Below are positions 56,715 to 64,000 of a DNA stretch of 64,000 nt, piece after piece; position 1 is the stretch's first letter; each line of letters begins with the position of its first letter. Source of the DNA: Candidatus Parcubacteria bacterium (GTDB lineage Bacteria; Patescibacteriota; Minisyncoccia; Phycocordibacterales; PALSA-1337); the NCBI GenBank assembly GCA_041158765.1, contig JBEBAU010000018.1:2557-66556 (forward strand), given 5' to 3'. Under the pieces are notes generated by a model that saw only the letters and a list, made by a program, of their open reading frames with translations, was not told where the DNA came from and ran no database searches. The position numbers and the translations under genes are program-made.

Positions 56715-58409
56715 ATGATACGTAAATTAAAGAGATTATTTCAAGGAAAAAAGCGCATACATCATGAGATAGATCCTGATGAGATTTTTCTTGATTCTCA
56801 TAATATTCCACATTTTGACACTGATCAATTTGAGGGAAGAATCGATAAACCGATATCACAAACAACACTCTTCGTAACACTCGGCTTTTTCATATTAATT
56901 ATGGTGGTGTATCTTGGACGAGCTTGGAATCTGCAGATTACTCAAGGTGAGGTTTATAATAAAAAAAGCGAAAATAACCGTCTTCGCCATACACCGATTT
57001 TTGCTGCGCGTGGAGTTATTTATGATCGTAATGCAGATGAACTCGCATGGAATGAACCATCTGATGACCCAGATGTTTCTCATCGGAAATACGCTGATAT
57101 GCCAGGCCTCGCTCATGTGCTTGGATATGTTCAGTATCCAACGAAGGATAGTGCCGGCTTCTATTATCGAGAAGATTTCGAAGGTATTGATGGTATTGAA
57201 AAATACTTCAACACTGATTTGCGGGGTAAAAATGGCTTGAAGCTTATTGAAGAAGATGCTCGTGGCAAAGTCCAATCTCAAAATACGATTCAACCTCCAA
57301 AAGAAGGAAATAATGTGACGCTTTCAATAGATGCACGAGTGCAAAGTGAATTGCACACTGCTATTGCTGATGTTGCTCGTAATGTGGGCTTCGCTGGAGG
57401 TGCTGGCGTTATTATGGATGTTCATACAGGTGAAATTATTGCATATACAAGTTATCCGGAATTTAGTTCTGAGGTCATGTCTTCAAAGACTGATAAGGCT
57501 CTTGTGAAGCGATATCTTACTGATACAAACCGTCCGCTCTTCGATCGAGTGATTGATGGTCTCTATACTCCTGGATCAATTGTGAAGCCGTACGTAGCAC
57601 TCGGCGCTCTTCATGAAAAAATCATTGATCCAACGACTAATATCGTTGGCACAGCATATATTGCAATCCAAAATCAATACGATCCAACACAACAAACACT
57701 GTTCCGAGATTGGAAAGTACATGGACTTGTAGATATGCGCAAAGCACTCGCTGTATCATCTGACGTATACTTCTATGAAGTTGGAGGAGGGTATAAGGAT
57801 CAAAAAGGCCTCGGTATTACTAAGCTCGATCAGTATTTCAGTCTTTTTGGTTTTGGTGATCATATTGACGACTCATTTTTCACTGGAAGTGCAGGGGTAA
57901 TTCCAACTCCGGCATGGAAAGCGTCGCGTTTCAATGGTGAATCATGGAGACTTGGAGATACCTATCACACTGCAATTGGACAATATTCATTCCAAGTGAC
58001 GGCAATACAAGTTGTACGTGCAGTCGCAGCTCTAGCAAATGGTGGATCATTGATAAACCCAACAATACTGAAAGACACTCAGGGAAGTTTGGTTCGAAAG
58101 ATAGAGATTGCTCCTGCGGATTTCCAAGTTGTTCGTGAGGGTATGCGCAAGGGTGTACTTGATGGTACCGGTACATCACTTAATGTGCCATATGTGCAGG
58201 TTGCTTCAAAGTCTGGTACCGCAGAGCTTGGAGTCACTAAGGAGAATGTGAATTCATGGATGACGGGATTTTTTCCATATGAAAATCCTCGATATGCATT
58301 TGCAGTAGTTATGGAGCGAGGTTCTCGTCATAATTTGATTGGAGCTGGAGCAGTTATGCGAGAAACGCTTGATTGGATGAATGTGCATACACCTGAGTAT
58401 TTCAAATAG
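56715..58409 (+). CDS. mrdA: Penicillin-binding protein 2
   Basis: RGVIYDRN, PGSIVK (SxxK), SSD (SxD), KSGTAE; mre operon context. Confidence 0.92.
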   Translation: MIRKLKRLFQGKKRIHHEIDPDEIFLDSHNIPHFDTDQFEGRIDKPISQTTLFVTLGFFILIMVVYLGRAWNLQITQGEVYNKKSENNRLRHTPIFAARGVIYDRNADELAWNEPSDDPDVSHRKYADMPGLAHVLGYVQYPTKDSAGFYYREDFEGIDGIEKYFNTDLRGKNGLKLIEEDARGKVQSQNTIQPPKEGNNVTLSIDARVQSELHTAIADVARNVGFAGGAGVIMDVHTGEIIAYTSYPEFSSEVMSSKTDKALVKRYLTDTNRPLFDRVIDGLYTPGSIVKPYVALGALHEKIIDPTTNIVGTAYIAIQNQYDPTQQTLFRDWKVHGLVDMRKALAVSSDVYFYEVGGGYKDQKGLGITKLDQYFSLFGFGDHIDDSFFTGSAGVIPTPAWKASRFNGESWRLGDTYHTAIGQYSFQVTAIQVVRAVAALANGGSLINPTILKDTQGSLVRKIEIAPADFQVVREGMRKGVLDGTGTSLNVPYVQVASKSGTAELGVTKENVNSWMTGFFPYENPRYAFAVVMERGSRHNLIGAGAVMRETLDWMNVHTPEYFK

Positions 58410-58500
58410 TATAAGCTACACGAAGGTTGATTGCTCCAAAGGCTATTTTGTGCTATGATAGTGACACATTACTTTAACCGATTTTTTCTATATTTTTTCT

Positions 58501-58968
58501 ATGAACGACGAAAAACAGTACCTTACGAAAGAGAAATTTCAGGAATTTACAAAAGAACTCGAGCAACTCCGAACAGTGAAGCGTAAAGAAGTTGCAGAGC
58601 ATCTCGAATACGCTAAGAAGCTTGGAGATCTATCCGAAAATGCCGAATACCAAGAAGCTCGTGAAGAGCAGGCAGAAGTCGAAGATCGCATTAGCCACCT
58701 TGAACAGGTTTTGAAGCAGGCTGTTATTCTTGATAATCAGCGTGGTGACGTTGTTTCAATTGGTGCAACTGTTACTATCCAGAAGACTGGCGAATCAGAG
58801 AAGAAGACATATAAGATTGTCGGTTCAGAAGAAGCAGATATGGCGCAAGGCAAGGTTTCAAATCAATCTCCACTCGGCGTCGCACTCCTCGGCAAAAAGA
58901 AGGGTGATGCATTCTCATTCAAGACTCCAAAAGGCGTAGTTACCTATACACTTATTACTATTGAATAA
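58501..58968 (+). CDS. greA: Transcription elongation factor GreA
   Basis: GDLSENAEY, IVGSEEAD, S.QSPLG.ALLG. Confidence 0.97.
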   Translation: MNDEKQYLTKEKFQEFTKELEQLRTVKRKEVAEHLEYAKKLGDLSENAEYQEAREEQAEVEDRISHLEQVLKQAVILDNQRGDVVSIGATVTIQKTGESEKKTYKIVGSEEADMAQGKVSNQSPLGVALLGKKKGDAFSFKTPKGVVTYTLITIE

Positions 58969-60459
58969 ATGGAAGAGCTCCGTTCAATTCGCATAGCAAA
59001 ACTAGAACTGCTCAAAAAAGCAGGTATGGATCCGTATCCAGCAAAGGTTCCAAGAGATTTTTGTTTGAAAGATGCAAAAGCAGATTTTGCTCAATATGAA
59101 GAAGGGGGCAAAGGTGCTCATGCTGGCAAAAAAGTCTCACTCGTTGGTCGCATCATGGCAATTCGCGGACAAGGAGCGATTATGTTCGTGGTACTTGATG
59201 ATGGTAAGGGTAAGTTTCAGGCGGTTTTCAAAAAAGACGCTTTCGAAGCTGCGGGAACTTCAGCACTCTTCGAATTATTTACTACGGGTATTGATATTGG
59301 TGATTTTATTTCAGTAACAGGAACTTTTTTCACAACACAACGAGGTGAACAGAGTATTCTTGTGACGAGCTGGACAATTGCATCAAAAGCTCTGCTTCCA
59401 TTGCCAGAAAAGTGGCACGGTATTCAAGATGCGGATGAACGATATCGTAAGCGTTATCTTGATTTCGTAATGAATCCAGAGTTGCGAGACATGATTATAA
59501 AAAAGGCCAAGTTCTGGTCTATTACTCGACGAATTCTCGGAGAACATGGTTTTCTCGAAGTTGAAACCCCAACACTCGAAGTAACCACAGGTGGGGCAGA
59601 AGCAACACCATTCAAAACACATCACAATGATTATGATTTGCCTGTCTATCTTCGTATTTCAGTTGGAGAATTGTGGCAGAAGCGTTTGATGGCTGGAGGA
59701 TTTCAAAAAACATTTGAAATTGGTCGCGTCTATCGCAATGAAGGTTCAAGCCCAGATCATCTACAGGAATTTACGAATATGGAATTTTATTGGGCATATG
59801 CTGATTACAAAGACGGCATGAAGCTTGTCGTTGAACTTTATCGAGCACTTGCGGAAGAGGTCTTCGGTACTACGAAGTTTACTACACGAGGACATACATT
59901 CGATCTTGCAGATGAATGGGTTACTGTTGATTATGTTGCTGAAATTACCAAGCAGACTGGTATTGATGTCACTGTTGCAACCGAGAAGGAGATGAAAAAG
60001 AAGCTTGATGAACTCAATGTGAAATACGATGGTGATAATAAAGAGCGACTTACTGATACACTCTGGAAATATTGCCGCAAAAACATCGCTGGTCCTGCAT
60101 TCCTCGTGAATCATCCACTCATCGTTGCGCCACTTGCAAAACCAGTTAATGAAGGAGATGGCAAGCCACCTCGAACGGTACAAATGTTCCAGCCACTTAT
60201 CGCAGGAAGCGAAGTTGGTCGAGGATATTCAGAACTTAATGATCCGATTGATCAACAGCAGCGTTTTGATGCGCAGGCAAAACTCATTGCAGCGGGGGAT
60301 ACAGAAGCAATGATGCCAGATCATGAATTCGTCGAGATGCTCGAACATGGAATGCCACCGACATGCGGTTTTGGTTTTGGAGAGCGACTCTTCGCTATTC
60401 TTGCAGAAAAGCCTATTCGAGAGACACAAGCGTTCCCACTCATGCGCCCAAAGGCGTAA
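58969..60459 (+). CDS. lysS: Lysine--tRNA ligase (class II)
   Basis: LPEKWHG, RYRKRYLD, GGAEA.PF.TH, YRNEG, YSELNDP, HGMPP..G.G.G. Confidence 0.97.
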   Translation: MEELRSIRIAKLELLKKAGMDPYPAKVPRDFCLKDAKADFAQYEEGGKGAHAGKKVSLVGRIMAIRGQGAIMFVVLDDGKGKFQAVFKKDAFEAAGTSALFELFTTGIDIGDFISVTGTFFTTQRGEQSILVTSWTIASKALLPLPEKWHGIQDADERYRKRYLDFVMNPELRDMIIKKAKFWSITRRILGEHGFLEVETPTLEVTTGGAEATPFKTHHNDYDLPVYLRISVGELWQKRLMAGGFQKTFEIGRVYRNEGSSPDHLQEFTNMEFYWAYADYKDGMKLVVELYRALAEEVFGTTKFTTRGHTFDLADEWVTVDYVAEITKQTGIDVTVATEKEMKKKLDELNVKYDGDNKERLTDTLWKYCRKNIAGPAFLVNHPLIVAPLAKPVNEGDGKPPRTVQMFQPLIAGSEVGRGYSELNDPIDQQQRFDAQAKLIAAGDTEAMMPDHEFVEMLEHGMPPTCGFGFGERLFAILAEKPIRETQAFPLMRPKA

Positions 60460-60630
60460 TCTATTAGGTCAGCAAACGGCATTATATACAGAGAAGTCCA
60501 TAATACAGGGCTTATTGCCTATTTTGTTGACTTTTTATTGAAAATATGTTAGTTTAATTGCATGGCTTTTCATGCAAAAAGGCTGAAAAAGTGAGTAATT
60601 TCAAGCTGAAATTGACTCAAAATCGACAAT

Positions 60631-60650
60631 CAAACCAAACCAAACCAAAC
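60631..60650 (+). repeat. (CAAAC)x4 tandem repeat in 5' leader
   Basis: CAAACCAAACCAAACCAAAC ending 18 nt before ATG 60669. Confidence 0.9.
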
Positions 60651-60668
60651 TGAACGAAAGACAAAAGA

Positions 60669-61874
60669 ATGAAAAAAATCCGAATCGCACTCATTGGGTG
60701 CGCCGGCCACTTTGGCCGTATCTGGCTCCGCAACCTCTTCACTCTGCAGGGTTACCTGGGCTGCGAGCTGGTTGTCTGCTGTGACGGCAACGTTGCAGCA
60801 TTCGATGAACTCCGTGGAATGTATCCCAGCGTGAAGTTCATGTCGTCTGAACAGTATGATCTCGTGCTTGGCATGTGTGATGCTGTTGTGATTGCGACGC
60901 CTCCGGCGACGCATTTCAAACTTGCAATGAAAGCATTGCAAGCACACAAAGACGTGCTGGTTGAAAAACCACTTGCTTATAGCCCGTCTGAGTGCGAACT
61001 CCTCACGGAATTTGCTGAGAAGCAAGGTTGCATTGTGATGTCCGGTCTGACGTATCTGTATTCTGCAGCATTTCATGCTATCAAGAATATTATTGATACG
61101 AATCAAATAGGCAAAGTCATCCATATTGATTCTCGGCGTGAAAGCTTCGGCCGATACAGTGGTGATAACCATGTCACGCAAGACCTGGGACCTCATGATC
61201 TTTCCATGATTCTCGCGGTTATGGGGGAAATGCCACTTGCGGTCAGCTGCACTGGTCATCAGGACCAGCTTACGGGTCACTACGTTCGCACGAACACGCA
61301 CCTCACCTTCAGTGGCGGTCGAAGTGCGAGCATTATCAGTAGCTGGATTTCAGCCAACATTAAGGTTCGCAAAACCGAGTTCTTTGGAGAAATTGGTGTT
61401 ACGACGTTTGATGATTCACGTGCCAACAACAACGGCAAAGTTGTGTTGCATTCTGGGTTGCGTGTGACGAAAGCGTCACCGAATACTGCACCAGGTGGAC
61501 ATCCCTTCGTGTATCACGCCGGTGCGGCTGAGAAGATGATCGAAGTGGCGGGCGGAGAAAATATTACGAACGAAGCGCGTCACTTTGTCGATTGTATTAA
61601 ACATCGGGAAGTCCCGATATCGGCAGGGGAAGCTGGTGTTGATGTGGCACACATTTTGTTTGCCGCAGAACAATCGCTCGAAATGCATAAGACAATTGGT
61701 CTGCCTCCCGGTATCGCTGGTCGGCACATTGATACGCGTCACCGGAAGCTCGGTCAGCGAACTTCTGCACCTGTGCCTACGTCGCCGGCAGCAGTGCCTG
61801 CCGTGGGACACATTGCAGTCACCAGCAGCGGTGAGCACGACGTGCTCAATGTTCCGGTGAAGGTGCTTCGTTAA
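60669..61874 (+). CDS. Gfo/Idh/MocA-family oxidoreductase
   Basis: IALIGCAGHFG, DAVVIATPP.THF, VLVEKPLA, DLGPHDLS. Confidence 0.9.
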   Translation: MKKIRIALIGCAGHFGRIWLRNLFTLQGYLGCELVVCCDGNVAAFDELRGMYPSVKFMSSEQYDLVLGMCDAVVIATPPATHFKLAMKALQAHKDVLVEKPLAYSPSECELLTEFAEKQGCIVMSGLTYLYSAAFHAIKNIIDTNQIGKVIHIDSRRESFGRYSGDNHVTQDLGPHDLSMILAVMGEMPLAVSCTGHQDQLTGHYVRTNTHLTFSGGRSASIISSWISANIKVRKTEFFGEIGVTTFDDSRANNNGKVVLHSGLRVTKASPNTAPGGHPFVYHAGAAEKMIEVAGGENITNEARHFVDCIKHREVPISAGEAGVDVAHILFAAEQSLEMHKTIGLPPGIAGRHIDTRHRKLGQRTSAPVPTSPAAVPAVGHIAVTSSGEHDVLNVPVKVLR

Positions 61875-61897
61875 TTGGTGATGGTTGTTGTTACACA

Positions 61898-61932
61898 TCG
61901 CATAGGGCTCAATAGAGCCGTGTGCGATTTTT
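61898..61932 (+). terminator. Intrinsic terminator-like hairpin
   Basis: ATCGCATA-GGGCTC-aata-GAGCC-G-TGTGCGAT plus T-run. Confidence 0.7.
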
Positions 61933-61969
61933 ATTTTGTTGTAATTTTCACTCTCAATTTTTCAGATAT

Positions 61970-62049
61970 TTATCCACAGATTTGGTGGGATTTTTTATTG
62001 TGAAGTGGTATGGAGTGGTATATAATACTAGCTAAGTGGGAAGAAGTGG
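61970..62049 (+). promoter_or_regulatory. dcw promoter region: DnaA box and MraZ-type GTGG repeats
   Basis: TTATCCACA 61970-78; AGTGG at 62004, 62014, 62035, 62045 (10-nt spacing in pairs) flanking TATAAT 62021-26. Confidence 0.75.
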
Positions 62050-62077
62050 TAAACACAAAAACTTCTCACGAAAACAT

Positions 62078-62515
62078 ATGCTTATCGGTGAATATATTCA
62101 CACCATTGATGACAAGAATCGCCTTTCACTTCCAGCGAAGTTTCGCCAGGAAATGGGGAAGAAGGTTGTTGTGACGCCGGGACTTGATACATGTCTCTTC
62201 GTCTTCACATTGAAGGAATGGGAAAAATTTTCGAGTAAGCTTGCTGAGTCATCAATGCTCCAAGCTGACACCCGAAGTTTCAATCGATATATTCTCGGAG
62301 GAGCTGTTGAAGCAGAAGTAGATTCGATCGGACGAATTCTCGTCCCAGATTTTCTACGAGTACGTGCTGGATTGTCGACAACAAAGGTCGCTGTCATTGG
62401 CGTACAGAGTAGAGTGGAAATTTGGAACGAGAAGTCGTGGATTGAATACAAGAAAGTTGTTGAAAAGCAGGCGGATACGCTTGCCGAAAAACTGGGTCAG
62501 GTTGGAATACTCTAG
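62078..62515 (+). CDS. mraZ: Transcriptional repressor MraZ
   Basis: MLIGEY.HTIDDKNRLSLPAKFR, DSIGRILVP, RVEIW. Confidence 0.97.
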   Translation: MLIGEYIHTIDDKNRLSLPAKFRQEMGKKVVVTPGLDTCLFVFTLKEWEKFSSKLAESSMLQADTRSFNRYILGGAVEAEVDSIGRILVPDFLRVRAGLSTTKVAVIGVQSRVEIWNEKSWIEYKKVVEKQADTLAEKLGQVGIL

Positions 62516-62544
62516 GGGTAGGGCTCCAATCCTAACACTTGTAT

Positions 62545-63501
62545 ATGACCACACGATTTCTCCACAAGACAGTACTTTTACACGAGTCTATCAACGGACT
62601 CAATATCCAACCGGGAGATATATATCTCGACGGAACATTGGGTAGCGGTGGCCATGCACTACAAGCTGTGAAAACAGCTGGCAAGGTCACGGTAATCGGC
62701 CTCGACCAAGATCAGGATGCACTTGCTCGAGCAGGAGAGCGACTTGGACTTCCAAAAGAAGCCACAACGCTCACTCATGCAACAGCGCATGGAGATGTAA
62801 CGATCATACTTCGTCAGGCCAATTATCGTGATCTGGACACAGTGCTTGGTAGTTTGAAGATTGCGCAGGTGAATCGCATCATGCTTGATCTCGGACTTTC
62901 ATCGGATCAATTCGAAACATCAAATCGTGGATTTAGTTTCAAAGATAATGAGCCATTGCTCATGACTTTCAACAAAAATCCCCACGGCACACTCGGCATG
63001 CTCACCGCAAAAGAAATTGTGAATGAGTGGGCAGAGGAAACCTTGGCAGATGTGATTTACGGATACGGCGAAGAGCGCTACGCACGACGAATTGCAAAGG
63101 CAATTGTCGAGGCTCGCGCAATTCACCCAATTCGTTCAACGCAAGAGCTCGTCGAGATCGTGAAGAAGGCGACACCGTTCACTTATCATCACGGCAAGAT
63201 TCATCCAGCAACACGGACATTTCAAGCGCTCCGTATTGCAGTGAATGATGAGCTCAATGCACTCAAGGACGGTCTCAAAAAAGGCTTTGAGCACCTAGCT
63301 CCGGGAGGCAGAATGGCAATTATTTCATTCCACAGTCTTGAAGACAGAATCGTAAAGCATTTTTATAAAGAAGTAGAGTTCTTGGGTGAAATCAGACAAG
63401 CACGAATCATTACAAAGAAGCCGATAACTCCAGGAGCAGAAGAATTAAAAGAGAATCCTCGTTCACGAAGCGCAAAACTTAGAATCATCGAAAAAATATA
63501 G
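62545..63501 (+). CDS. rsmH: 16S rRNA m4C1402 methyltransferase RsmH
   Basis: H.TVLL.E, DGTLG.GGH, DLGLSS.Q, RGFSF, HPATRTFQALRIAVN, FHSLEDR, NPRSRSAKLR. Confidence 0.97.
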   Translation: MTTRFLHKTVLLHESINGLNIQPGDIYLDGTLGSGGHALQAVKTAGKVTVIGLDQDQDALARAGERLGLPKEATTLTHATAHGDVTIILRQANYRDLDTVLGSLKIAQVNRIMLDLGLSSDQFETSNRGFSFKDNEPLLMTFNKNPHGTLGMLTAKEIVNEWAEETLADVIYGYGEERYARRIAKAIVEARAIHPIRSTQELVEIVKKATPFTYHHGKIHPATRTFQALRIAVNDELNALKDGLKKGFEHLAPGGRMAIISFHSLEDRIVKHFYKEVEFLGEIRQARIITKKPITPGAEELKENPRSRSAKLRIIEKI

Positions 63502-63511
63502 CAACACAAAA

Positions 63512-63838
63512 ATGACACAAGCACTTACACAACAAGCACGACGAATCATGAATTACCGAGAAGCGATTTTCTTCATTCTCGTTGCATTTTTTGGAATGTC
63601 ACTTTGTTGGTATGTGTATTCAGTTCGAGCTGCTATTGTGAACGTAGTTGAGCGAGAATCAATCATAAAGGAGATTCAGAAGAAGAGCACTGCTGTTGCT
63701 GAGCTTGAATCAACGTATTTCAGCCTAAAAAATGCTGTGAATATTGAACTCGCACACAAGGATGGTTTCCGAGATACTCCAATCAGTATGTTTATTTCAA
63801 AAAAGACTCCTGCTACAGCACTTAGCTTCAACAAATGA
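63512..63838 (+). CDS. FtsL-like cell division protein (positional)
   Basis: One TM plus coiled coil, between rsmH and ftsI. Confidence 0.6.
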   Translation: MTQALTQQARRIMNYREAIFFILVAFFGMSLCWYVYSVRAAIVNVVERESIIKEIQKKSTAVAELESTYFSLKNAVNIELAHKDGFRDTPISMFISKKTPATALSFNK

Positions 63839-64000
63839 AGTCTTTGGCAACAACTCGTATTAGAATTCTGCTCGGCATAGTCGCAGCTGTTGCGGGTGTA
63901 CTTATTCTGAAATTATATTCAGTGCAAATTGTGCACGGTGATGAGTATGCCAAAAAAGCAGATATGCAGTATGTGAAGCCGAATACGGTGCTTTTTGATC
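63835..64000 (+). CDS. ftsI: Penicillin-binding protein FtsI, N-terminal fragment (runs off window)
   Basis: Manual translation MKSLATTRIRILLGIVAAVAGVLILKLYSVQIVHGDEYAKKADMQY...; ATGA overlap with upstream stop; dcw order. Confidence 0.75.
   Translation, partial: MKSLATTRIRILLGIVAAVAGVLILKLYSVQIVHGDEYAKKADMQYVKPNTVLFD

Noticed and set aside
61970-61978. Possible oriC
   Set aside because: Only one perfect DnaA box, no cluster, and no dnaA/dnaN nearby.
1-64000. Alternative genetic code (TGA=Gly as in Gracilibacteria/Absconditabacteria)
   Set aside because: Conserved genes are full length under code 11, and TGA ends prfA and the ftsL-like gene at expected positions.

Overview
Chromosomal core-genome window from a small-genome bacterium, almost certainly Patescibacteria/CPR (Parcubacteria-like). 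This is inferred from shortened AlaRS, PheS, PheT, ProRS, EF-Ts and L13, scarce Shine-Dalgarno motifs, a sigma70-r4/HARE-HTH protein and an FtsA-like + baseplate-J-like gene pair. The standard code is used (TGA is a stop). Content is mostly + strand housekeeping genes: the infA-rpmJ-rpsM-rpsK-rpsD-rpoA-rplQ-rplM-rpsI cluster, aminoacyl-tRNA synthetases, typA, prfA, rpsB-tsf, gyrB, mreBCD-mrdA, greA-lysS, the start of the dcw cluster, tRNA-Thr(TGT), hicBA and a lone PemK/MazF-family toxin. The most notable unexplained signals are: (1) three intergenic multi-hairpin elements with a covarying core (7-bp stem, AGCA loop, bulged A) and closing inverted repeats unrelated between copies, each directly after a translation gene (rpsI, typA, rpmE2); (2) an antitoxin-less PemK gene with a convergent promoter and a short structured antisense RNA over its 3' end; (3) many single orphan or foreign-looking genes with their own promoters, some resembling Verrucomicrobia proteins; (4) two promoter-leader-terminator units that may be sRNAs or attenuators. 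All calls are from reading the sequence; no searches were run.
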